Origin: a virus
Lineage: Duplodnaviria > Caudoviricetes
Direction: 5' to 3' (one strand)
IMG/VR virus record: IMGVR_UViG_2884152688_000003
Span: 42,301-106,300 of that record
DNA: 64,000 bases
Shown here: in pieces, positions 10,511-20,693 of the stretch
How the letters are laid out: the number at the start of each line of letters is the position of its first letter
How positions within the stretch are numbered: position 1 is the first letter of the stretch
Notes under the pieces: model-generated
The model's input: the letters and a program-made list of their open reading frames with translations, nothing else
Database searches by the model: none
What the model was told of the DNA's origin: nothing
Made by a program: the position numbers and the translations under genes

Positions 10511-11035
10511 ATGGCACAAATAGGATATATGAATAGAATGGTAACTGAGGTTTACAATGTTTTAATTCAAGATGATTTAATTTCTAAATTCATGCATTAT
10601 TATAAAGAAAAAGATATAGACATTCCATCTCAACCAAAGGTAAAGAATCCAGTGGGTGCTTTAAAAAAACAGTTTTTTAAAAATAGAAGAATAGAAACTT
10701 TGCAAAGGGATGCGAATGTAAATATAACTATAAATATATCTAGAAAGACAAACTGGCAAGATGGCACATCTAAATGGCATGGAAAGAATTCTTTTGAAAA
10801 TATTCTTGAAATAGGGGTTTCTTGCCACAATGACTGTGACAGAACTTTAAATGGCTCAAGAACATATGCATTAATTGATTTGATAGTTAAAAAGCTATCG
10901 GGAAACTCTATAGATTCTTTAGGTGAAGTTAGGTTCATAGAAACAATAGGAATTAGAGACTTAAATCAAGAATACTCTGGATACCTTACATACTTCAGTG
11001 TATATGGGATGAAAGACGAGGGATTTGATGATTGA
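10511..11035 (+). CDS. Putative tail-completion / terminator protein
   Basis: Synteny and size (174 aa). Confidence 0.4.
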   Translation: MAQIGYMNRMVTEVYNVLIQDDLISKFMHYYKEKDIDIPSQPKVKNPVGALKKQFFKNRRIETLQRDANVNITINISRKTNWQDGTSKWHGKNSFENILEIGVSCHNDCDRTLNGSRTYALIDLIVKKLSGNSIDSLGEVRFIETIGIRDLNQEYSGYLTYFSVYGMKDEGFDD

Positions 11036-11909
11036 GAGTAAATTAATGACTGGACAAGATATAGACTTGTCTCAATATGGATTAGGAGTCATAAAACAGC
11101 CAAGCTTAAAAGAACTATTAGAATTGCCAATCAAAGAATCTGATATAACATCTACTTTCATAATGATTGAAACTTTCTACGAAAAAATGACTGGGTTATC
11201 ACCGAGTGCAGACTTATATAAATTAGATTGTTTGAGTATGGTAAATGAAGCTGTGGCTCAAATGGATTCAGAGGAATACAAAAGAGAAGTCCAAACAAGG
11301 TATAATGATGTATTTTTTAAAAGAGAAATAAGGTACACTTTTTTAGAAAAATTATTCTTGCTACTAAGTTGTTTTTTTGATTGCAATATAAAGGACATAG
11401 ATATCAAAGAAGATCCTTTTGAGGACAGAAAAGATTTCAAGGGAATAGTTATCCTAATAAATAAAGGGGACTCTGAAGATGATAAAATTCTTATAGATAA
11501 AGAAAATTTCAACATACTTTTAAAGGTTATTTTTAAAATATTAGATATAGATATCAAGTCTATACTAAGTAGAACAGAAGAAGATGATGAGTGGGTAGAA
11601 AACAATGGGAGTGCAAAAGAAAGAAAATATATAGAAATATTTAAAAGAAAAGAGCGAGAAAGAAAGAAAAAAGAAGTATTACATATATGTGATTATATCA
11701 ATGTTGTAGTAAATGATTCAGGTAGAGATTATAAAGAAGTAGCCAATTGGACGTATTACCAATTGATTAATACGTTTAAAGCTAGTTTCTTGAAAGATAG
11801 ACATGATATGGATGTTAAGATGTTTACTTCTGGGAATTACAAGATAGATCCAAAGGAAATGTTGGATTGGAAAAAAGAAATTAAGATAAATATAGATGAG
11901 ACAATTTAG
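11025..11909 (+). CDS. Hypothetical tail-module protein (possible assembly chaperone)
   Basis: Overlaps the previous gene; C-terminal WTYYQL motif; followed by a hairpin and T-run. Confidence 0.5.
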   Translation: MMIESKLMTGQDIDLSQYGLGVIKQPSLKELLELPIKESDITSTFIMIETFYEKMTGLSPSADLYKLDCLSMVNEAVAQMDSEEYKREVQTRYNDVFFKREIRYTFLEKLFLLLSCFFDCNIKDIDIKEDPFEDRKDFKGIVILINKGDSEDDKILIDKENFNILLKVIFKILDIDIKSILSRTEEDDEWVENNGSAKERKYIEIFKRKERERKKKEVLHICDYINVVVNDSGRDYKEVANWTYYQLINTFKASFLKDRHDMDVKMFTSGNYKIDPKEMLDWKKEIKINIDETI

Positions 11910-11956
11910 TCTTGTCTTTTTTTATATAAAAATAATGAAGGATAGGTGATTAATTA

Positions 11957-12766
11957 ATGGCATTCGCAATAAAAGACGCTGCCGATATGGGAGTATTTAA
12001 TAAAGAGACAGGAGTACCGTTGTTTTATACTGAAGCAGCGAACTCTTTTGAGTTAAAAATTGAATCAGAAGAAGTTTTTGCAAAGGCAAAAGGCGTAGAT
12101 ACAATAGGGTTTAACAGTGGTAAAAAAGTAAGTGGGAAAGCGGAGTTTGAAGTTATCCAGTTTCCACAGCTTTCTATAATTCTTGCAAGTGATGTTGCTG
12201 AAAAGAATAATTATGCAGTAGCAAAAAAACTTAAAGCAAAATTGGGAGCCGATAAGAAGGTAATACTAAAAGGAGAGTCTCCTTTAGAGGGTTCTATGAT
12301 GGCTATGCTACTAAAAGATGATGGTGCCGAACTAGGAGAAAAAGTTGAGGTAACTGTTACAAAAGTAGGTGATGATACAGAAGTTGTGTTCCCAGATACT
12401 GTAAAAGAGGGTCAGTTTGTAATACTTTTTTATCAGAATGTAGCACAAAAAGTGAAGGTAATAAAGGTTACTTCAGAAGGAGATACACCAAACCTTAGAA
12501 TTGAAGCAATAGTTTCAGCTAAAATGCAGAATGGTAAAAAGATGGCTTTAAATCTAGTTATAAATAATGCGAGAGCAAAGAATAATGCAGAACTTACATT
12601 CTCTACAGAGAATCCATCTAAGTTCCCAATGGAATTTGACTGTTTCCCAGATGAATTAGGAGAAATTTTTGAATTGACATTTATTGAAGATGATGGAACA
12701 ACAGATTTAGAAGAAAAGGTGAAAAACCTAGATCCTTCTATAAAACTTGATAATGAAGCTGCTTAG
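11957..12766 (+). CDS. Major tail (tube) protein
   Basis: 269 aa, beta-rich, LTFSTENPSKFPMEFDC segment, strong terminator after it. Confidence 0.7.
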   Translation: MAFAIKDAADMGVFNKETGVPLFYTEAANSFELKIESEEVFAKAKGVDTIGFNSGKKVSGKAEFEVIQFPQLSIILASDVAEKNNYAVAKKLKAKLGADKKVILKGESPLEGSMMAMLLKDDGAELGEKVEVTVTKVGDDTEVVFPDTVKEGQFVILFYQNVAQKVKVIKVTSEGDTPNLRIEAIVSAKMQNGKKMALNLVINNARAKNNAELTFSTENPSKFPMEFDCFPDELGEIFELTFIEDDGTTDLEEKVKNLDPSIKLDNEAA

Positions 12767-12775
12767 TATTGATAT

Positions 12776-12805
12776 ACCCCACCAATTGGTGGGGTTATTT
12801 TTTTT
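12776..12805 (+). terminator. Intrinsic terminator
   Basis: ACCCCACC-AATT-GGTGGGGT followed by a T-run. Confidence 0.8.
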
Positions 12806-12885
12806 AAGTCAATTTAAAATTTTATTTAAATTCAATAAGATTTATTGGCTTTAAATATTTTTTTAAAAGAAAGGAGACAATAAAA

Positions 12886-13662
12886 TTGGTCTTTCATTCG
12901 GACAGATTTATATTCGATGGAGTCAATTCGGAGAGCATAGGGATAATGTTAGTGACTGTCGGTGAAAATGACGTGCTAATGGACTATGGGATTCCATTTG
13001 AATACAAGTTAAAAGTAGAAAGTAGTTTTGGAGATAATCCTTTTTATACCAAAGAGGAGTCTCCACCAGAACCAATCACTTTAGATTTTTGCTTAACAGA
13101 GAATAGACAAGCAATAAAGTGGAGTGATGAGTTGGAAAAAGAAATAATTAACTGGTTAACACAAGATAAATTTTGTGAATTCATTTCTTATGATAATCCA
13201 GAATTAGTTTACTATTTTAGAGCAACAAAGGTTACAAAGAAAATGACACATCAAAAAAAAGGTATTTTATCAGTAACCTTTCAACCATATTACAAACATC
13301 CAGTGAAAAAGATAAGAAAAGATTTGTTGGTCGAGGGAGAAAGATTTACAAATATAAACAATGAGTGTATTTCAAGAGAATATGTATATCCAATGCTAGA
13401 AATTGAGGCAAACGCAAGTGGAAACGTAGAAATTTTAAATGAATCAATAGAAGATTCTGAACCTCTTGTAGTAAAAGGGCTAGAGGACGGAGAAAAAATA
13501 TTTATCGACAATCAACTGTTTATAGTAATAGATGAAAATGATGAAAATAAGTTCCATAAAGTAAACAGACATTGGTTGAAACTAAAAAAGGGAACAAACA
13601 AAATAAAAATCAACGGAAATGTAAATATAAAAATTAAATGTAATTTAGAGATAAAGATATAA
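12886..13662 (+). CDS. Distal tail protein (Dit-like)
   Basis: N-terminal FIFDGVNSESIGI, internal WL...F.SYDNPELVYY and C-terminal WLKLKKGTNKIKI pattern, typical of siphophage Dit. Confidence 0.7.
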   Translation: MVFHSDRFIFDGVNSESIGIMLVTVGENDVLMDYGIPFEYKLKVESSFGDNPFYTKEESPPEPITLDFCLTENRQAIKWSDELEKEIINWLTQDKFCEFISYDNPELVYYFRATKVTKKMTHQKKGILSVTFQPYYKHPVKKIRKDLLVEGERFTNINNECISREYVYPMLEIEANASGNVEILNESIEDSEPLVVKGLEDGEKIFIDNQLFIVIDENDENKFHKVNRHWLKLKKGTNKIKINGNVNIKIKCNLEIKI

Positions 13663-13672
13663 GGAGAAAATT

Positions 13673-14125
13673 ATGAGAACAATAAAATTAAGTGAACTGC
13701 CTAAGAAGGAAAAATATAGAGATATAATTTCGGTTACTATGGATGACGGTGAAATAGATTATATATACGTTTTGAATCCAACAGGCGAAATAGAAAAAGA
13801 ACTTTTAGAGGTATGCTCTGAGGTTATATTTGAAAAATGTGAACTTGACGATTCTGAATTGATGAAATTATTCATAGAAAAACTTACAAATATAGAAGTT
13901 GAATACGGATTTCAGGAAGTTCCAGAGTCCGATGCTTTAGCAAGAGTATATACTACACTAAAAACTATTTACTTTGAAATGATAGATTTTTGCTACAGAT
14001 TTTATATTTGCGAAGAATCAGCAATGAAGGCAGAAGAAAGTAGAGAAAAATTATTAAAAGAAATCAGTGCGAAAGAAGAAAAAGAAGATAAAGAAATTAT
14101 AAACGCCATAAAAGAAGATAAATAG
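13673..14125 (+). CDS. Hypothetical protein (possible tail assembly chaperone)
   Basis: Acidic 150 aa protein in the tail module; SD AAGGAG. Confidence 0.5.
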   Translation: MRTIKLSELPKKEKYRDIISVTMDDGEIDYIYVLNPTGEIEKELLEVCSEVIFEKCELDDSELMKLFIEKLTNIEVEYGFQEVPESDALARVYTTLKTIYFEMIDFCYRFYICEESAMKAEESREKLLKEISAKEEKEDKEIINAIKEDK

Positions 14126-14140
14126 TTATGAGGTGAAAAT

Positions 14141-16694
14141 ATGGTCTTTGGATCGATTGAAGAGTGTGAAGCTTATATAAAGAGTTGTATGACACAAACA
14201 ACCCCAGTTATGGCACAAAAAACTCAAGAAGAAGGAAAGAACATAATATCCGGACAGGTTGGTGGAATAACAGGAAGTTTGGCAAATTCAGTGTTTATAT
14301 TGGGAACATCAGCAAATTCAATGGAGGTAGGAATAGAGGATAGAGGTGGTGGAAATGATTATTCATGGACATCACAGGTTTATAGAACTCATTTCTTTCC
14401 GATGTACGGATTAGAGAAAGGCCACACATGGAATAGAGGTGCCACAACAATTATAGGTTTTTCAAGCGAGAAAACCCACGATTTTAATCGTGTGGATGAA
14501 AGCTTGTCAAATACACTGTAAGCATATAGAGAAATCTGTATGTAGTGAATACATAAAACTCATGTATTCCAATTAAGAAACTGAATTGCTGGAAATTCGT
14601 AAAGCTAACTTAACTACAACGCAAAGATAATACAAAACTTAAACGTGAATGTGGCGAGAGCAGAAAAAATAAGTTAGATGGCATAAGGTTAAACCCTAAG
14701 TGCTTTAAAATTGAAAATCAGCATCCAAGCCTAGAAATAGGAAGGTTCAACGACTATTCCTCTTGAGGGAAGTACATCACAAGCCATTGGTGATGGAAGT
14801 GGTTTCGCCTTAGCACGTAATGGTGAAGGATAAGATATAGTCTGTGCTTGCACGAAAGTGTAAGAAGTTCATAAGAGAACTGTATAGATAGTAGCGAATC
14901 TATATGAACAAACTTCACACAAAAAAAAGAAAGTATAATAGTTTTAATATTGTGTATAAAACTATTGATTTCGTACACTAAATAGCATATAATAAAATTA
15001 TGAATAATGAATACAGAGACTCAAAAACAACTGTTTCGTTAATCAATTATCATTTTGTTTTTTGTCCAAGATATCGAAGGAAAATATTTGAAGATTCCAA
15101 AGTAGATATTAGATTTAAATCAGTCATTCAAGAAATATGTATTGAGAATGATTGGGATATTATTGCAATAGAGACAGATAAAGAGCATTGCCATTTATTC
15201 ATAAATGTACAACCTATATATTCTCCTTCTGAAATAATGAAGATAATAAAAGGTATTACATCACGAAAATTAAGGCAAGAATTTGAACATTTAAGCAAAA
15301 TGCCAAGTGTTTGGACAAGGTCATTTTTTGTTTCAACTGCTGGTGATGTATCTAGTAAAATAATTAAAAGATATGTTGAAAATCAAAGAACAAGATACTG
15401 ATTATACGTTAAGGAGGTGACAGAAATGAAAAAGGCACATAAGATACGTATTTACCCAAATACTAAACAACAGATACAATTTCAAAAAACATTTGGATGC
15501 GTAAGATTTTACTGGAATTTTATTTTAAACCAAACTCAAACAAATTATAAAATGAAACAAGAAGATGAAATGTATTTAGAAGACAAGACAACATATGCAA
15601 TTCTTAAAAAACAAGAAGAATATTCATGGTTAAAAGAAGTTGAAGCTCAACCATTAAGCCAAGTGACTATGGATTTAAGAAAAGCATACAAAAATACATT
15701 TAAATCTAAGTTTGGGCTCCCTAAATTCAAGAGTAAAAAATACTCTAAAAAATCTTATAGGACAGCAGCTGGAATGAAGGTGAATGAAAACTACTGTTAT
15801 ATATCTAGAGTTGGGTGGGTAAAAATGGCGGAGAAGTTACGATTTAAAGGAAAATTAATGAATGTAACAATCAGTCAATCTAAATCTGGAAAATACTTTG
15901 CAGCATTCTTAGTAGAAACTGAAAATGTTGAACTAGAACCAGTCGAAAATAAAATTGGCTTAGATTTAGGTCTTTCTCATTTCTGTGTAGCTTCCACAGG
16001 AGAAAAAATAGATAACAAAAAATTCTATCATTCTCTTGAAAAGCGACTAATAATTGAACAAAGAAAACTTTCAAAACGTTTAGAGATAGCCAAAAAACAT
16101 AATCGTAAATTAGATGATTGTAAAAACTATCAAAAACAAAAAAAGAAAGTTGCTTTAATACATGAAAAGATATTCAATCAAAGAAATAATTTTTTACATC
16201 AAATTTCTTCAAGAATAACTGATGAAAACCAAGTCATTTGTATAGAAGATTTAAACGTAAAAAACATGATTAAAGATCATAAATTAGCGAAATCAATAGC
16301 CGATGTATCGTGGAGTGAATTCGTAAGACAATTAGAGTACAAGTCTAAATGGAAAGGAAGAAAACTTGTTAAGGTAGATAGATTCTTCCCTAGTTCTCAA
16401 ATTTGTTCTAAATGTGGACACAATGATGGCAAGAAAGAGTTAACCATAAGAGAATGGACTTGTTCTAATTGCAACACGAATCACGATAGAGATATCAATG
16501 CGAGCATAAATATTAAAACCGAAGGACTTTCGGGGTTAGCTTAGTAAATTTACTATCAATAGATGGTATTACCTAAGAACCCCACGATTTTAATCGTGTG
16601 GAGTGTCAGGATTACATGGGAATCATGGGCTTCTGGAAACTTAGATAAGATATTCTTAGAAACAATGAGTGGTCTAGGAGTACCTATAGGATAA
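14141..16694 (+). CDS. HK97 gp10-like tail protein split by IStron-1 (exon 1 14141-14454, exon 2 16610-16694; 132 aa spliced)
   Basis: Joining ...ACAATTAT|GATTACATGG... reads [33 protein letters not shown]-stop in frame; [10 protein letters not shown] motif. Confidence 0.75.
14455..14920 (+). ncRNA. Group I intron ribozyme core of IStron-1
   Basis: P AATTGCTGGAAA 14584, Q AATCAGCATCC 14716, R TTCAACGACTA 14746, S AAGATATAGTC 14832. P1: TTAT|AG pairs with CTGTAA 14516-14521, with U.G at the splice site. Confidence 0.9.
14965..14993 (+). promoter_or_regulatory. SigA-type promoter, probably giving a leaderless tnpA mRNA
   Basis: TTGATT-17nt-TATAAT; the ATG starts 7 nt after the -10 element and has no SD. 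Confidence 0.6.
15000..15401 (+). CDS. tnpA: IS200/IS605 Y1 HUH transposase
   Basis: [14 protein letters not shown] motif [17 protein letters not shown] and catalytic YVENQ. Confidence 0.95.
   Translation: MNNEYRDSKTTVSLINYHFVFCPRYRRKIFEDSKVDIRFKSVIQEICIENDWDIIAIETDKEHCHLFINVQPIYSPSEIMKIIKGITSRKLRQEFEHLSKMPSVWTRSFFVSTAGDVSSKIIKRYVENQRTRY
15417..16544 (+). CDS. tnpB: RNA-guided endonuclease TnpB (canonical RuvC D-E-D, Zn ribbon)
   Basis: KIRIYP...[12 protein letters not shown]; [17 protein letters not shown]; CSKC/CSNC. Confidence 0.95.
   Translation: MTEMKKAHKIRIYPNTKQQIQFQKTFGCVRFYWNFILNQTQTNYKMKQEDEMYLEDKTTYAILKKQEEYSWLKEVEAQPLSQVTMDLRKAYKNTFKSKFGLPKFKSKKYSKKSYRTAAGMKVNENYCYISRVGWVKMAEKLRFKGKLMNVTISQSKSGKYFAAFLVETENVELEPVENKIGLDLGLSHFCVASTGEKIDNKKFYHSLEKRLIIEQRKLSKRLEIAKKHNRKLDDCKNYQKQKKKVALIHEKIFNQRNNFLHQISSRITDENQVICIEDLNVKNMIKDHKLAKSIADVSWSEFVRQLEYKSKWKGRKLVKVDRFFPSSQICSKCGHNDGKKELTIREWTCSNCNTNHDRDINASINIKTEGLSGLA
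16545..16625 (+). ncRNA. Predicted omegaRNA 3' part of IStron-1 (scaffold to 16609, guide from 16610); probably extends into the tnpB 3' end
   Basis: Inferred from known TnpB biology: right end plus about 16 nt of flank. Confidence 0.55.
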
Positions 16695-16709
16695 GGAAGG
16701 AGTGATTTT

Positions 16710-18869
16710 TTGGCTGAGTTTAGAATAAAAAGTACATTAGATCTCAGTACAGATGAAGCAAAGAGCAAAATGAAAGCTCTTGAAAATGAAAAGATTAAAG
16801 CTAAATTAGAACTAGATGCCGAAAGTAGTAAGAAAGCCCTTAACAGTTTAGATAAAGCGTCAAAGCAATCTCAACAGAATAGGGTCAAAGATGCAAAGAA
16901 GGCAGAAAATGAATTAGCTGGGATAGATAGAAAAAAGCTAAATGAATATAAAAGATTAGGGCAGGAAAAAGCTTCTTTAAGTAATAAGTTTGCTAAAGCT
17001 GAAAGCGATAATGCTAGAAAGAATTTAGATAAAAATATTAGAGATAGACAACGACAGATGTCTGGACTATACAAACAAATGTCTAGTGAACAGCAAAAAA
17101 TAGCAAAACAGATGGACACTCAAATGTTCGGTGCTAAATCAGGCAATGGCTTACTGAAGGCATTTGGACGAATAGATAAAGATGCTTTAAAGATAAAAAA
17201 TACTATCAGAAGTCTAGATGGGGATATAACTAAAACCTTAGGGAATAAGCTATCTAAACAAATGGATGGATTTTATAAAGGATTAGATAAAAAACCTGTC
17301 AATAACGCTACGTATGAAAACGCTAGAAGGACGATGAATAGTTATCAACAAAGTGCTAAAGCTTTGAAAGAAATTTCCTCTCTAGAAAAATCATATGGAA
17401 GTAGACAAACGGCTGTAAACAATAGACTGGGTGGTTTAAGTAATCTAGTAACGCAAAAAGCTGGGGCTGAACTAAATAAAAATTTAAGCCAATCTTTTTC
17501 ACAAATTAGAGGAAAAGATATAACTTCAACAGCTAGTAAAATGAAAGTTTTTGGAACTGAATTAAACAGGACAGCTACAGCAAGTAAACAATTACAAGGA
17601 TTAGATAAGACAATAAATAGATTGTCTGGATTAGAAAGTGGTTTAAAACCTAAAACTATTAATGGTCTTAGACAAGGGATAGTCGATTTATCTAAATCAC
17701 CTTCATTAGGAACAGCAAGTTTTGATTCCGAATTAAAAAAAGTAAATACGCAAATGACAGTAGCGAGCCGATATCAAGGCCGAATGGCAAAACTTAAAGA
17801 TGATTTTAAGATGTCCATGTTCGGAACCTCAATGGGATATTTGGCTGGCTCTTTTTTACGTTCTCAAGTAACTGGAGCAATCCAAACTTTTAAAGATTTA
17901 GATGCTTCAATGACAGATATAAAGAAGGTAGCAAATCCTAGAGATGTAGCGACAGAATCTCAAACAAAAGCTATTAGAAAACAAGCTATCCAAATAGCGA
18001 AAGATGTTGGGATGGCTTCATCTGATGTCCAATCATCAATAGCTACAGCATTACAATCTGGTATGGGCGGTATGAAAGAGTCTATGGCAGTTGCAAGAAA
18101 ATCTATGATATTAGCTAACGTTGGTGATATGGATAAAGTTGAGGCAACAAAAGCTGTCAATACCATAGTTAAATCTTTCAACTTAGACCCTTTAGGGAAA
18201 CAAAGAGTTAACGTAAAGGGAATGTCAAAAGAAACAACACAATTAGCTAATGCAATGGACTTGCTTAACTATGCAGGTAATAATTATGCTATATCTTCAG
18301 CAGGTGTAGCCGAGGCATTACAGCGTGGTGGTGGAGTTATGAAAGCATATGGAATGAACTTAGCCGATTCTGTTGCAATGATTACAGCCACAAATGAACC
18401 AATACAGAATCCAGAAAAAGTTGGTAATGGTTTAAAATCTATTGCTATTAATATGGCTGGTATTACAACCAGTGCCAAAGATGGGACACTCCATGCGAAT
18501 AAAACAGCTAAGGCACTTCAAGAAATTGCTGGCGTTGATATATATAAAGATAAGGCAAAAGGATCTCTTAAATCCCAAGTTGAACTTTTAGATGAAGTTC
18601 AGAAAAAATGGGGTGGATTAAACGATGCTCAAAGAGCCGGTCTATCTGAGTCTATAGCAGGTAAACATAGAGCGGATATATTCCAAGCTTTAATGGGGAA
18701 TTACGAAACATTTAAGAAACTTCGTAATGAGTTTAGCCAAGGAGACCACTTTGGTTCAGCTGAAGCCGAAAACGAAAAATATGTAAACTCATTAGCTGGT
18801 AAGACAAACAAGCTAAAAGAGACCATGACTTCCATAGGAACTGGTCTTATAAATGGGAAGGCTGTTTAT
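16710..18869 (+). CDS. Tape measure protein, exon 1
   Basis: TP901-like core (LDASMTDIKKVA, MDLLNYAGNNYAISS, VGNGLKSI, IAGKHRADIFQALM); ends at TTAT 18866-18869. Confidence 0.9.
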
Positions 18870-19360
18870 TAGGAACGTAGTGATATAAACGAGAATCCTC
18901 GTGATTTTAATCATGAGATGAATCGTAAAATAGATACGTAAATAGTAAGCATATAGAGAAATCTGTATGTAGAGGTGAGAGAAATTCATCCAATACTACT
19001 TGAATTGCTGGAAACCCCTAAAGCTAGTAAAACTACAACATAGAGATGAAATATACTCAAGTGTGAATGTTGCGAAAGCAGAAAAAAATTACTAGATAAC
19101 ATAAGGTTAAATCCTAAGTGTTCTACAATAATGGGCAATCAGCAGGTAAGCTCCGAATAGGAGAAACTTCAACGACTATTCCTCTTGAGGGAAGTACACA
19201 CAAGCGTGTGGAAGTGGGTAGACCTTAACACGTAATGGTGAAGGATAAGATATAGTCTGTGCTTGCACGAAAGTGTAAGAAGTTCATAAGAGAACTGTAT
19301 AGATAGTAGCGAATCTATATGAACGAGACCTCAAAAATGATAAAGTACAAGGTTCAAGGC
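18870..19360 (+). ncRNA. Group I intron ribozyme core of IStron-2
   Basis: P 19003, Q AATCAGCAGG 19137, R 19168, S 19247. P1: TTAT|TA pairs with TAGTAA 18943-18948. 19229-19324 is identical to 14814-14909. Confidence 0.9.
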
Positions 19361-19442
19361 ATTAGTCCAGAAAACTTTTACAAAAATATGGGCTTATTCA
19401 GTAAAATGCGGTACAATTGCCTTATAGAAAAGAGGTGAGAAA

Positions 19443-20693
19443 ATGTATTTAACTGTAAAGCAACAAGTAAAACAATTATCTAAGGAAGACTATAAAAATA
19501 TAAGAGAACTATCTCATGTAGCTAAAAACTTAGCAAATGAAGCTATATATAATATTCGTCAGTATTATTTTCAAGAAGGAGAATATTTGAACTACGAAAA
19601 AAATTATGTATTACTAAAAGATAGTGAAAACTATAAAAAACTAAATTCTAATATGGCACAACAAATATTAAAAGAAGTAGATGGTTCTTTTAAGTCCTTT
19701 TTCAGTCTTATTAAATTAGCTAAGAAAGGAAAGTATTCATTTAGAAATATTAAATTGCCAAAATATCTTCCAAAAGATGGATTTACGACACTTATTATAG
19801 GATTTGTTAGATTAAAGGGAAATCTTTTAACTATACCATATTCTAATCAATTTAAAAAAGAACATTCAACTGTTACTATAAAAATCCCACAAATTCTTTT
19901 AGATAAAAAGATAAAGGAGATAAGAATTATACCTAAAGCTAAAGCTAGGTTCTTTGAGATTCAATATACTTATGAAGTTGAGAAAGAACAAAGAAATTTA
20001 GACAAAAACAAAGCACTAGCAATAGATTTAGGAATTAATAATTTAGCTACTTGTGTGGTATCAACAGGTGAATCCTTCATAGTTGATGGGAGAAGGTTAA
20101 AATCTATAAATCAAGGATATAATAAGCAAAATGCAATATTACAAAGCATTAAAGATAATCAAAAATATGGGAAAAGACCTACAAATAGACAATATAGAAT
20201 TGCTGAAAAAAGAAATAATAAAGTCAATGATTATATGTCTAAAACAGCAAGGATAATAATTAATTATTGCCTTAAAAATAATATTGGAAAAATAGTTTGT
20301 GGGTATAATGAAACATTTCAAAGAAACAGTAAACTTGGCAGAATAAACAATCAAAACTTTACAAATATACCATTTGGTAAACTAAGAGAAAAGTTGGAGT
20401 ATCTATGTGAATTATATGGTATAGAGTTTAAAAAACAAGAAGAAAGTTATACTTCTAAAGCAAGTTTCTTTGATAATGATGAAATCCCAACATATAACAA
20501 TGATAATCCAAAAGAATATGTATTCTCTGGCAAAAGAGTAAAAAGAGGATTGTATAAAACAAAAAAAGGATTAATCTTAAATGCAGATGTAAATGGAGCG
20601 TTAAACATATTAAAGAAAAGTAACGTTGTACCCTTAGAAGGGTTATACACTAGAGGCGAACTGGACACGCCAATACGTATCAAAGTAGTTTAA
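19443..20693 (+). CDS. tnpB: TnpB, Zn-finger-less type with rearranged RuvC-II
   Basis: AIDLGINNLA; IVCGYN at the usual RuvC-II E position; QEESYTSK; NADVNGALNI; no CxxC pairs. Confidence 0.9.
   Translation: MYLTVKQQVKQLSKEDYKNIRELSHVAKNLANEAIYNIRQYYFQEGEYLNYEKNYVLLKDSENYKKLNSNMAQQILKEVDGSFKSFFSLIKLAKKGKYSFRNIKLPKYLPKDGFTTLIIGFVRLKGNLLTIPYSNQFKKEHSTVTIKIPQILLDKKIKEIRIIPKAKARFFEIQYTYEVEKEQRNLDKNKALAIDLGINNLATCVVSTGESFIVDGRRLKSINQGYNKQNAILQSIKDNQKYGKRPTNRQYRIAEKRNNKVNDYMSKTARIIINYCLKNNIGKIVCGYNETFQRNSKLGRINNQNFTNIPFGKLREKLEYLCELYGIEFKKQEESYTSKASFFDNDEIPTYNNDNPKEYVFSGKRVKRGLYKTKKGLILNADVNGALNILKKSNVVPLEGLYTRGELDTPIRIKVV

Larger units (their letters stand above)
14455..16609 (+). mobile_element. 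IStron-1: group I intron + IS605-family element (tnpA + tnpB)
   Basis: Inserted after TTAT (14451-14454) and ends in TCAG (16606-16609). An identical 22-nt subterminal hairpin CCCACGATTTTAATCGTGTGGA lies at 14475 and 16581. Group I core precedes tnpA. Confidence 0.92.

Noticed and set aside
14754-14978. 74-aa minus-strand ORF
   Set aside because: It overlaps the ribozyme core in antisense; the sequence is explained by RNA structure.
18847-18850. Alternative TTAT as the IStron-2 left boundary
   Set aside because: Joining it to 20765 is out of frame, and P1 pairing fits the TTAT at 18866-18869.
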